DNA from: Candidatus Kuenenia stuttgartensis
GTDB lineage: Bacteria; Planctomycetota; Brocadiia; Brocadiales; Brocadiaceae
DNA: 32,000 nucleotides
Reading direction: 5' to 3'
Assembly (NCBI RefSeq): GCF_900232105.1
Contig: NZ_LT934425.1
Location: forward strand, 810,001-842,000
Under the pieces are notes generated by a model. That model searched no databases, was not told the origin of the DNA, and saw only the letters and a list, made by a program, of their open reading frames with translations. Positions 6,863-15,159 of the stretch are shown here, piece by piece. Every line of letters begins with the position of its first letter. Within the stretch, counting starts at the first letter, position 1. The translations under genes and the position numbers were made by a program.

Positions 6863-9471
6863 TCACTGAAACCCCTATGATACGCCAATATAATGAGATC
6901 AAAAAAGATCACAAAGATGCGCTGCTTTTCTTCCGCATGGGCGATTTTTATGAATTATTTTTTGAAGACGCAAAAATTGCCTCAAAGATATTAGGGATTA
7001 CCCTTACTTCCCGTTCCAAGGGTGAAAATGCGGTTCCTATGGCAGGCATTCCTCATCACGCCTCAGAATCCTATACCCGAAAACTAATCAAAGCAGGTCA
7101 TAAAGTGGCGATCTGCGAACAACTGCAAGACCCCGGCGAGGCGAAAGGAATTGTTGACCGCGGGGTTATCAGAATCATTACCCCGGGCACGGTTACAGAA
7201 GATGCGCTCCTTGATGGTAAAAACAATAATTATTTATTGGCACTGTGGAAGGATAAGGAAATTTTTGGCTTGTCATGGATAGACCTGTCAACCGGAAAAT
7301 TTGAAATTGAAGATATTCGGGAAGAACGCCTTTTTGACGAATTAGCCCGGTTAAACCCCTCCGAAATAGTGCTGCCCGACGATATTACGGAAAGCAACGC
7401 CACCTTCACACAAAGGATAAGAACCGAATGCAATGCCATGATTACACCGCTGCCCGCCTGGGAATTCTCGGAAAGCACCGGCTATCAGGCATTATTGGAA
7501 CACTTCGGCACACATTCCCTGGAAGGATTCGGATGCCAGGACGCAGGAGTTGCCCTGGGCGCCGCAGGCGCAATATTGCATTACCTGAAAGAGACACAAA
7601 AGACGTCGCTCAAACACATCGCCAAAATACAAAAGTACGAAACAAACAACCGGGTGATTATGGACAGGGCGACGCAACAAAGCCTGGAACTAACACAAAC
7701 TATCCGAAACAAAAACCGCGAGGGATCGCTTCTTGGAGCGCTTGATCAGACAAAAACACCTATGGGCGCAAGATTGCTTAAGGATTGGGTCATAAGCCCG
7801 CTGAAAAATCACGATGAGATCAAATATCGCCAGCTTGGGGTAAGAGAATTCACCGAAAAACCGGAGTTGCGAAGAGAAATCATCGCCATCTTACACGATA
7901 TTTATGATATTGAAAGGATTGCGGCAAAGGTAAGCTGCGGACGTGCAAACGCACGCGACCTCATATCGCTGCAGCAATCTCTCTCAAAATTGCCGGAACT
8001 CAAGGAAAAACTGGATTTTTTTATCACCGCTATTATTTCAGACAGAGAAAAGGAGATCGACCCCCTTGATGAATTAAGAACGCTGATAGGCATGGCAATA
8101 TCACTTGATTCGCCGCATTCTCTCAAAGAAGGCGGTATTATTAAAGAAGGGTATGATGCAGCGCTTGATGAACTACGCTACATATCCAAAAATGGAAAAC
8201 AATGGATTGCACATTTTCAGGCGGAAGAAATTGCCAGGACAAATATTAATTCCCTTAAGGTAGGATACAACAAGGTTTTTGGGTATTATATTGAAATTAC
8301 CAACACTCACCGGGAAAATATCCCCCCTGCCTATATCAGAAAACAAACCTTAAAGAATGCCGAGCGGTATATCACGCCGGAGTTAAAAGAGTATGAAACA
8401 AAAGTGCTCACCGCGGAAGAACGCGCAAAAGACCTGGAATATGATCTTTTTATTCAATTACGGGACAAGGCGGGCACTTTTACGAAACAGCTCCAGGGCA
8501 TTTCAGAGGCAATTGCCCAAATTGACGTCCTGTCAACATTGGCTAAGATTGCAGTAGAAAACAGATATGCCATGCCTGAAATTACAGACAGTTTGGAACT
8601 CAATATAAACGACGGCTGCCATCCTGTGCTTACTATGGAACTTGATAGAGAAAGGTTTGTGCCTAACGATATAAATTTAGACGGCGTCCAGGATAAGACG
8701 ATGGTCATAACTGGTCCCAACATGGCTGGAAAAAGCACCTATATCCGCCAAACGGCGCTTCTCGTAATTATGGCGCAAATGGGCAGTTTTATCCCGGCAA
8801 AAAATGCGACTATCGGCACTGTAGACCGTATTTTTGCGCGCGTCGGCGCATCCGACGAGCTATCAAAAGGGCAAAGCACCTTCATGGTGGAAATGAATGA
8901 AACCGCAAACATCCTGAATAATGCCACAGAACGTAGTCTGATTATCTTAGATGAAGTAGGAAGAGGGACAAGCACTTTTGACGGTATCAGCATTGCATGG
9001 GCAATTACAGAATATATTTACCAAAATATCGGGGCACGAACGTTATTTGCCACACATTATCACGAATTAACGGAATTATCGCTGCTCTTCGCCGGCATTA
9101 AGAATTTCAATGTCGCGGTGAAGGAATGGGGAGAAGAGATAATCTTCCTGCGAAAAATTGTTGCAGGCGGAACAGATAAAAGCTACGGAATACATGTTGC
9201 GCGGCTTGCAGGAATACCGAAGCAGATTATTCAGCGTGCGCGCTCTATTTTGAACAACCTGGAAGCGGCGACCTTAGACATAAACGGCAAACCGAAGTTT
9301 GCCCCTTTAAAAACAGACCATGTAAAAAAGCCCCGTCAACGAAAACTCTTTGCCTCAAAGGAAGATTTGGTAATCGATGAAATAAAAAAACTTTCTCTCG
9401 ATGAAATAGCGCCGGCTGACGCCCTAAATAAACTTGCCGAATTAAAGAAAAGGCTTTATGAAGATGAGTAA
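6859..9471 (+). CDS. mutS: DNA mismatch repair protein MutS
   Basis: 870 aa. The N-terminus has TPMIRQYNEIKKDHKDALLFFRMGDFYELFFEDA, which contains the mismatch-binding GDFYE motif. Walker A is TGPNMAGKST. STFMVEMNE, DEVGRGTST and FATHYHEL are also present. Confidence 0.97.
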   Translation: MITETPMIRQYNEIKKDHKDALLFFRMGDFYELFFEDAKIASKILGITLTSRSKGENAVPMAGIPHHASESYTRKLIKAGHKVAICEQLQDPGEAKGIVDRGVIRIITPGTVTEDALLDGKNNNYLLALWKDKEIFGLSWIDLSTGKFEIEDIREERLFDELARLNPSEIVLPDDITESNATFTQRIRTECNAMITPLPAWEFSESTGYQALLEHFGTHSLEGFGCQDAGVALGAAGAILHYLKETQKTSLKHIAKIQKYETNNRVIMDRATQQSLELTQTIRNKNREGSLLGALDQTKTPMGARLLKDWVISPLKNHDEIKYRQLGVREFTEKPELRREIIAILHDIYDIERIAAKVSCGRANARDLISLQQSLSKLPELKEKLDFFITAIISDREKEIDPLDELRTLIGMAISLDSPHSLKEGGIIKEGYDAALDELRYISKNGKQWIAHFQAEEIARTNINSLKVGYNKVFGYYIEITNTHRENIPPAYIRKQTLKNAERYITPELKEYETKVLTAEERAKDLEYDLFIQLRDKAGTFTKQLQGISEAIAQIDVLSTLAKIAVENRYAMPEITDSLELNINDGCHPVLTMELDRERFVPNDINLDGVQDKTMVITGPNMAGKSTYIRQTALLVIMAQMGSFIPAKNATIGTVDRIFARVGASDELSKGQSTFMVEMNETANILNNATERSLIILDEVGRGTSTFDGISIAWAITEYIYQNIGARTLFATHYHELTELSLLFAGIKNFNVAVKEWGEEIIFLRKIVAGGTDKSYGIHVARLAGIPKQIIQRARSILNNLEAATLDINGKPKFAPLKTDHVKKPRQRKLFASKEDLVIDEIKKLSLDEIAPADALNKLAELKKRLYEDE

Positions 9472-9493
9472 TGAACAAAAAACGGATAATGAA

Positions 9494-9643
9494 GTAACAA
9501 TTTAGCTTTTTGAAAAAGTAGGGGCGAAGCATTTCCCAGTTTGGGTATGTACGCCTTTATGACAATTTACAGCAAGTGCTTCGCCCCTACACTATGCGGC
9601 AAACATCGCTATTATTAGATTTTTCGAAAAGCTAAATTGTTGC
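9494..9643. repeat. Family-A MITE, copy A3
   Basis: The left arm is GTAACAATTTAGCTTTTTGAAAAA. The core palindrome is GTAGGGGCGAAGCATTTCC...GTGCTTCGCCCCTAC (9518-9590). The right arm is ...CGCTATTATTAGATTTTTCGAAAAGCTAAATTGTTGC. The arms match the IS66-like IR at 21/24. Confidence 0.75.
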
Positions 9644-9758
9644 TAAATAAAAGACATCTCTTGCTTTTTCTCCTTTTTTTAGTACAAATATATGCAATAA
9701 AAAGCAACCGTTTTGGCTCTTCGAAAGAAATCCCCGGCGGGTTATAGAAAGATCATCT

Positions 9759-10763
9759 ATGGAAATTCTCAATCCTCACGACAAATTCTTCAAAGAGACG
9801 TTTTCCATACGAGAAAATGCAATCGATTTTCTTAGCGGGAGATTTCCGCCGGAAATTTTAAAAAAGCTGGATTTATCCACTTTAACACAGGATAATAGCT
9901 CATATATCGACGAGGAACTCAGAGAACATTTTTCAGACATTGTATATACCTGTTTCTGTAAAGAAAAAGAGATCAGGATAACCCTTTTATTTGAGCATAA
10001 GAGTTATGCCTTGGCATGTCCATATCTGCAGTTGATGAAATACCTTTTAAAGATATGGGAAGCAAACAGCAAGCAGGCACAAAGGCTCATACCGGTAATT
10101 CCGGTGATATTGTATCATGGTAAAGAGGCGTGGAAAGTCAGGAGGTTCAGAGAATATTTTGAAGGGATAGACGAAGTATTCTACAGGTTTATACCGGAGT
10201 TTGAATATCTGCTGACGGATATAAGTTGCTATAGTAATGAGGAAATAAAAGACAGGGTCTTCAGAAGGGTATCCCTTCAAATAACCATGTTATTAATGAG
10301 GAACATATTTGATGAGAAGTATTTGGAAGATAAGCTAAAGGGTTTCTTCGAAATAGGGATACAATATTTTGAAGAGGATGAAGGGTTAAAGTTTCTGGAA
10401 AGTGCAATCAGGTATTTGTACTATGCGTCGGATATAGCGGAAAAACGGGTAATAGATACCCTAAAGGAGATATCGGAAGAAGGAGGTAAATTAAGTATGA
10501 CAATAGCAGCTAAATTAATAGAAAAAGGCAAAATAGCTGGTAGAGTGGAAGGTAGAGCGGAAGGTGCAATAGAGGGCGAGAGGAAAGGCAGGATAGAAGG
10601 CCTAAAAGAAGCGATAGAGATTGGTTTGGAGCTAAAGTATGGCGTTAAAGGTTTAAAGCTTCTGGAACGTATCAGGAAAATAGTAGTGATAGAGAAGCTG
10701 GAGGCAATAAAGGAAGCGGTGAAAATAGCGAAGAATATGGAAGAAATTGAAAAACTGCTCTAA
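9759..10763 (+). CDS. Rpn-family recombination-promoting nuclease / putative transposase (PD-(D/E)XK, YhgA-like)
   Basis: The N-terminus reads NPHDKFFKETF...A.DFL....P.EI...LDLSTL......YIDEELREHFSDIVY......EIRITLLFEHKS, which is characteristic of this family. The C-terminus has GRVEGRAEGAIEGERKGRIEG repeats. Confidence 0.85.
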   Translation: MEILNPHDKFFKETFSIRENAIDFLSGRFPPEILKKLDLSTLTQDNSSYIDEELREHFSDIVYTCFCKEKEIRITLLFEHKSYALACPYLQLMKYLLKIWEANSKQAQRLIPVIPVILYHGKEAWKVRRFREYFEGIDEVFYRFIPEFEYLLTDISCYSNEEIKDRVFRRVSLQITMLLMRNIFDEKYLEDKLKGFFEIGIQYFEEDEGLKFLESAIRYLYYASDIAEKRVIDTLKEISEEGGKLSMTIAAKLIEKGKIAGRVEGRAEGAIEGERKGRIEGLKEAIEIGLELKYGVKGLKLLERIRKIVVIEKLEAIKEAVKIAKNMEEIEKLL

Positions 10764-10890
10764 AGGGGTTTTTTGAAATAGGGAGGCAGTATTTTGAAGA
10801 GGATGAAGGGTTAAAGTTTCTGGAAAGTGTAACAGACTGTTCCTACGTAGCTTATCGGTAATACGTTTTTCAAAAAACTAACGTGTTGCC
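10760..10890. repeat. Relic of a second rpn-type gene (73-nt copy of rpn 10335-10407), followed by a half family-A MITE arm
   Basis: 10760-10832 matches 10335-10407 at about 66/73 and still reads LKGFFEIGRQYFEEDEGLKFLESV in the homologous frame. 10842-10890 (CCTACGTAGC...TTTTTCAAAAAACTAACGTGTTGC) resembles the right half of a family-A MITE. Confidence 0.7.
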
Positions 10891-10929
10891 CGAATTATTT
10901 GTTTAAAAAATTTCATACAAGGGAAAACT

Positions 10930-11946
10930 ATGCAATATTCGCCACTCCTTCTTCTTCCAGTAGCAATTTCATTGTCGCTCTATTTATTGCTCTTTTTGTT
11001 TATTTTCGCCATTTTATTCATTTTTTTAACGTACGGCAGGCTTTATATAAATGCCATTTCTTCCGGAGCCGCTATCTCCTTTTCGAAAATAATTGGCATG
11101 GCCATGAAACGCATCGATGTTAAATCGATGGTAAAATATTGTATTATGGCAAAAAAAGCGGGGATAGATATCGCACCTTCGTCCCTGGAAGCACATTACC
11201 TTGCTGGAGGAAATGTTGATCAGGCAGTACACGCCATTATTGCAGCAAGCAAAGCAAATATAGAGCTTAGCTTCGATAATGCCTGTGCTATAGACCTTGC
11301 AGGAAGAAATATTTTCGACATAGTCAAGGCCGGTATTTATCCAAGGGAATTTGCCTGTCCGGATCCGGCAAAGGGTTCTTCAACGCTCGACGCAATAACA
11401 AAAGATGGTATTCAAATAAAAGTAAAGGTACGCATTACCCTGCGTACCAATATTGAAAAACTGGTGGGGAGCGCTGCGGAAGAAACCATCACTGCAAGGG
11501 TGGGGGAAAGCATCATTACCGCTATCGGGTCATCGGACTGTTATCGAAAAGTCCTTGAAAGACCGGATCTCATTTCACTATATGTAATGGAAAAGAAGCT
11601 GGACGCCGATACAGCCTTTACCATACTTTCAATTAACATTATCGATATCACTGTTGGTGAAAACATAGGGGCAAAATTGCAATCTGCGCAAACGGAAGTA
11701 GATAGAAAAGTAGCGCTTGTGGAAGCGGAAAAAAGGGAAAAGGCCGCCATTGCACGCCAGCAGGAAGCAAAAGCGCTTGCGGAAGAGAGCAGGGTAAAAA
11801 TACTCACGGCAGAGGCCGAAGTGCCAAAAGCAATTGTGCAGGCATTTCGCGAAGGGAATATGGGCATAATGGATTATTGTCATATAAAAAATATTGAAGC
11901 CGATACTGAAATGAAATCAGCGCTTTCAAAACAAGGCACACCCTAA
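10930..11946 (+). CDS. floA: Flotillin-like protein FloA (YqfA/UPF0365)
   Basis: The sequence IGMAMKRIDVKSMV...MAKKAGIDI...LEAHYLAGGNVDQAVHAIIAASKANIELSFDNACAIDLAGRNIFDIVK has a hydrophobic N-terminal anchor and a C-terminal EA-rich coiled coil. Confidence 0.9.
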   Translation: MQYSPLLLLPVAISLSLYLLLFLFIFAILFIFLTYGRLYINAISSGAAISFSKIIGMAMKRIDVKSMVKYCIMAKKAGIDIAPSSLEAHYLAGGNVDQAVHAIIAASKANIELSFDNACAIDLAGRNIFDIVKAGIYPREFACPDPAKGSSTLDAITKDGIQIKVKVRITLRTNIEKLVGSAAEETITARVGESIITAIGSSDCYRKVLERPDLISLYVMEKKLDADTAFTILSINIIDITVGENIGAKLQSAQTEVDRKVALVEAEKREKAAIARQQEAKALAEESRVKILTAEAEVPKAIVQAFREGNMGIMDYCHIKNIEADTEMKSALSKQGTP

Positions 11947-12092
11947 GCTGGCAAAGCCAGAACCAAACAAGCACGAAAACAGTCCTCAGCCTGCAATCTG
12001 CAATCTGCCGATTGTAGATTGCAGATTGCCTACTGCAGAAGGGACAATTAAATATTTTGCCAAAAATGTAAAGAAATTACTGTTAAAGTAAC
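11945..12092. repeat. Family-B repeat, short copy, containing a 14-bp-stem hairpin (11993-12029)
   Basis: 11944-11976 (TAAGCTGGCAAAGCCAGAACCAAACAAGCACGA) matches the reverse complement of 17947-17979 at 29/33. The hairpin is GCAATCTGCAATCT-GCCGATTGT-AGATTGCAGATTGC. The TAAATATTTTGCCAAAAA and AAAGAAATTACTGTTAAAGTAAC modules are shared with 5248-5313. Confidence 0.7.
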
Positions 12093-12131
12093 ACGCATCC
12101 AAGAAACGTCATGCGGCATACGTGTTTGTCC

Positions 12132-12160
12132 TTGATAATGAAAAAAGTTTATGCTAAATT
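12132..12160 (+). promoter_or_regulatory. Candidate sigma70-type promoter upstream of the mla operon
   Basis: TTGATA, a 17-nt spacer, then TAAATT, about 120 nt upstream of the mlaE start. This is a pattern match only. Confidence 0.25.
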
Positions 12161-12280
12161 ACTCCTCTTATGTAAATATTACTTATTTGAAATTCTTTCA
12201 TTTTTCGATCTTAAAGTCTCACAAGGACAATGTTAACATTAATTAATTGCTTACACCATAAATGATATTTTCAATCACAG

Positions 12281-13063
12281 ATGAATCAAATCTTTTTCCC
12301 CTTTAAAATTATAGGAAACTCCCTCCATAAATTCATCAGAGAATTGGGAAAAATGGGGTGTTTTTTTGCGAACGCCTTGTTTTATATGTTATTCCCCCCT
12401 TATCTGTTCAGGCGGATTATCAAACAAATCAATTTCATCGGGGTAAAGACGGTCCTTGTCATCGTCTTAACCGGCACATTTACCGGAATGGTGCTAGCCT
12501 TACAGATGTATTACGTATTAATAAAGTTTGGGGCAGAAGCAAGGCTTGGGCCTGCGGTAGCCATGTCATTGATCAAAGAGTTAGGGCCGGTTATTTGCGC
12601 ATTAATGGTTACCGGACGAGCAGGCTCTGCAATAACAGCGGAAATTGGAATTATGAGGATATCAGAACAAGTAGATGCGCTTGACGCTATGGCTTTAAAC
12701 CCATACAAATATCTTATCATACCCAATATTATAGCCGGAGTAATATCACTCCCACTCCTGAATGCGATCTTTGTAGTCCTTGGAGTTTTTGGTGGCTATG
12801 CGGTCGGCGTAGGGCTTATGGGCGTATCGAGCGGCACCTACTTTGGCGGCATCAACGATTTTGTCGCGGCAAGGGACGTTTTTGAAGGATTTTATAAATC
12901 GCTGAGTTTTGGCGTTTTAATAACATGGATATCCTGCTATAAAGGATTTTATACAGGATATGGGGCAGAGGGGGTAAGCAAAGCCACAACGCAGTCCGTG
13001 GTAATTTCCTCCGTTGTGATACTTATATGGGATTATTTTATGACATCTTTACTGGTTGCATAG
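12281..13063 (+). CDS. mlaE: Phospholipid ABC transporter permease MlaE
   Basis: 260 aa. The sequence ELGPVICALMVTGRAGSAITAEIGIMRISEQVDALDAMALNP is the conserved MlaE core. Confidence 0.92.
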   Translation: MNQIFFPFKIIGNSLHKFIRELGKMGCFFANALFYMLFPPYLFRRIIKQINFIGVKTVLVIVLTGTFTGMVLALQMYYVLIKFGAEARLGPAVAMSLIKELGPVICALMVTGRAGSAITAEIGIMRISEQVDALDAMALNPYKYLIIPNIIAGVISLPLLNAIFVVLGVFGGYAVGVGLMGVSSGTYFGGINDFVAARDVFEGFYKSLSFGVLITWISCYKGFYTGYGAEGVSKATTQSVVISSVVILIWDYFMTSLLVA

Positions 13064-13076
13064 CTTTAAACAAAAA

Positions 13077-13823
13077 ATGATAGAGATCGTCGATTTACAC
13101 AAAAGCTTTAATGAACACAAAATACTACGTGGAGTCAATTTAAAGATAGAAGACGATCAAATGTTGGCATTGATTGGTGGTAGCGGGACGGGAAAGTCGG
13201 TGCTGTTAAAGCACATAATCGGGCTTGCAAAACCTGATAAAGGCAAAGTATTGGTGGATAATCAGGATATTAGCAAATTGAGGAGAAAGGCATTAAAACG
13301 TCTGAAAGAGCGATTTGGCGTCGTTTTTCAGGGCGGAGCACTTTTCGACTCTCTTACCGTCTTTGAAAACGTAGCATTTCCCCTCAGAGAAAAGACGAGG
13401 ATGAAGGCATTGGAGATAAGGGAAACGGTATTCAGGGAACTTGCCAATGTGGGACTTTCCGGTGCTGAAAATAAATACCCGGCAGAAATCAGCGGCGGGA
13501 TGAAAAAACGTGTTGCCCTTGCGCGGTGCCTGGTAATGCAACCGGAAATAATTTTATTTGATGAACCTACGACAGGACTCGATCCTTTGATCGCAAAAGC
13601 AATTCACAATTTGATACGGTCATTACAAAAGAATTTACACTTCACGGCAATTATGGTGACACATGAAATTCCCGAAGTATTTTCTTTCGTTGACCGTGTT
13701 GCAATGTTATATAACGGAAAAATCATTGCGGAAGGCACTCCGCAGGAAATACAAGATTCAAAAAACCCTATCGTACACCAGTTTATTCACGGGGAACTGG
13801 AAGGCCCTATTTCTATAAAATAA
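13077..13823 (+). CDS. mlaF: Phospholipid ABC transporter ATP-binding protein MlaF
   Basis: Walker A is GGSGTGKS, the signature is ISGGMKKRVALAR, and Walker B is ILFDEPTTGLDP. I prefer the ATG at 13077 (MIEIVDLHKSF). The track ORF opens at a TTG at 13056. Confidence 0.92.
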   Translation: MIEIVDLHKSFNEHKILRGVNLKIEDDQMLALIGGSGTGKSVLLKHIIGLAKPDKGKVLVDNQDISKLRRKALKRLKERFGVVFQGGALFDSLTVFENVAFPLREKTRMKALEIRETVFRELANVGLSGAENKYPAEISGGMKKRVALARCLVMQPEIILFDEPTTGLDPLIAKAIHNLIRSLQKNLHFTAIMVTHEIPEVFSFVDRVAMLYNGKIIAEGTPQEIQDSKNPIVHQFIHGELEGPISIK

Positions 13824-14034
13824 TTGTAATGGTTCGTCACAGAGGCACAAAGTGCGCAAAAGTTATTATTTTTAGAAGCTAAAGGTTGCGAATTCTGAAA
13901 AACTTTATGATTTTATTGCAGAAGATATCCCTTTTTTGAAATTTTCTATCGTTTTTTCCTTGCGTCCTTTGCGATGGACTGCTGAACTGTCACAAATAAT
14001 TTATTTATGCCTCTTGTTAACAAAGGTGAAATTT

Positions 14035-14481
14035 ATGAAAAAATTTGATGTCGAAATTGCCGTAGGTATATTTATCTTCTGTGGTATACTTTGCATGGGT
14101 TATATCTCGGTAAAGCTTGGCAAGATCAATTTTTTAAGCGATAATTATTATCAGGTGAATGCCATTTTTAGCACGGTAAAAGGACTCAAAAAAAATACTG
14201 CCGTGGAAATAGCCGGTGTTGAAGTAGGCAAGGTCGATAACATAGTGCTCGAAAATTACGAAGTAGTGGTATCTATGAAAATCAGAAAAGACATAAAACT
14301 ACAGGAAGATGCCATTGCCTCTATCCGCACGAAAGGACTTTTAGGCGAAAAATACGTTGAAATTACACCGGGCGGTTCAGACCACATAATAGAACATGGC
14401 GGCACCTTGATAGAAACAGAGCCGCCCCTTGATTTAGAAAAGCTTATTGGAAATTTTGTTTTTGGAAAAGTTGGAGATTAA
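14035..14481 (+). CDS. mlaD: MCE-domain protein MlaD
   Basis: An N-terminal TM anchor is followed by an MCE fold (YQVNAIFSTVKGLKKNTAVEIAGVEVGKVDNI...). The ATG at 14035 is preceded by AAGGTGA. The track ORF extends upstream to 13936 with no homology. Confidence 0.88.
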   Translation: MKKFDVEIAVGIFIFCGILCMGYISVKLGKINFLSDNYYQVNAIFSTVKGLKKNTAVEIAGVEVGKVDNIVLENYEVVVSMKIRKDIKLQEDAIASIRTKGLLGEKYVEITPGGSDHIIEHGGTLIETEPPLDLEKLIGNFVFGKVGD

Positions 14482-14485
14482 TTAC

Positions 14486-15088
14486 ATGAAAAATCAAAGA
14501 ATTGCATTAAATCTGCTTGTTTTCGCATTACTTCTGGCGCCCGTTTCTTCTTTATTGGCAGGCGAAACAGGCGCACTGGTCATGAAATATATCGAAAGTG
14601 GGATGGCAATATTAGAAGATGAAACCCTTAAAGGAGAAGATAAAAAAGAGGAACGTAAAGAAAAGTTATGGGCTGAGCTTACCAATATTTTTAATTTTAC
14701 TGAAATGTCGCAAAGGGCACTCGGGCAATACTGGCAAAAAATCAGCCCCGAAGAAAAAGCAGAATTCATAGGATTGTTTACTAGTATTCTCAAAAATACC
14801 TACCTGGGAGAAACAGGCACTTATTCGGCAAAGAAAATTGTTCTGGTCGGGGAAAAGGAAAGAGGGAAATACGCCACAATACAAACAAATTTCATTCTAA
14901 ATACCGGCAAAGAAGCCGCTGTGGATTTTCGTATGATGAGTAACGACGGTAAATGGAAGATATATGATGTGATTATTGAAGGGGTGAGCCTGGTAAATAA
15001 TTACCGCAGCCAGTTTAGCAGCATCCTTGTGAAATCACCCTATGCAGAATTAATAAAACGGCTGAAGAAAAAAATCACCGAAGAGTAG
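14486..15088 (+). CDS. mlaC: Periplasmic phospholipid-binding protein MlaC (Ttg2D family)
   Basis: Signal peptide MKNQRIALNLLVFALLLAPVSSLLAG. The sequence KWKIYDVIIEGVSLVNNYRSQF is typical of MlaC. The ATG at 14486 is preceded by GGAGA. Confidence 0.85.
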   Translation: MKNQRIALNLLVFALLLAPVSSLLAGETGALVMKYIESGMAILEDETLKGEDKKEERKEKLWAELTNIFNFTEMSQRALGQYWQKISPEEKAEFIGLFTSILKNTYLGETGTYSAKKIVLVGEKERGKYATIQTNFILNTGKEAAVDFRMMSNDGKWKIYDVIIEGVSLVNNYRSQFSSILVKSPYAELIKRLKKKITEE

Positions 15089-15159
15089 ACCCCCCTTGTG
15101 GCACTAACAGGCAGACTAAACAATTATTTCCCATCAACCTTAACTTCAGGAGCATACAA

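Noticed and set aside
7230-9532. Multiple short ORFs on both strands within mutS
   Set aside because: They are embedded in or antisense to the mutS frame and have no motifs.
10899-11123. 74-aa ORF overlapping the floA start in another frame
   Set aside because: The FloA frame has strong family similarity from its N-terminal anchor onward, and the alternative frame has none.
11993-12029. 14-bp-stem hairpin after floA considered as an intrinsic terminator
   Set aside because: No U-tract follows it (CTACTGCAGAAGGG), and it is part of the family-B repeat. It may still pause or terminate transcription, but it does not fit the canonical model.
13936-14034. N-terminal extensions of track ORFs for mlaD (13936), mlaC (14447), purH (16124), LolA-like (25942), secreted protein (28427), lipoprotein (29404) and guaD-like (18970)
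   Set aside because: The extensions lack homology and often overlap the upstream gene. Internal ATGs with SD-like sequences give canonical N-termini or signal peptides.
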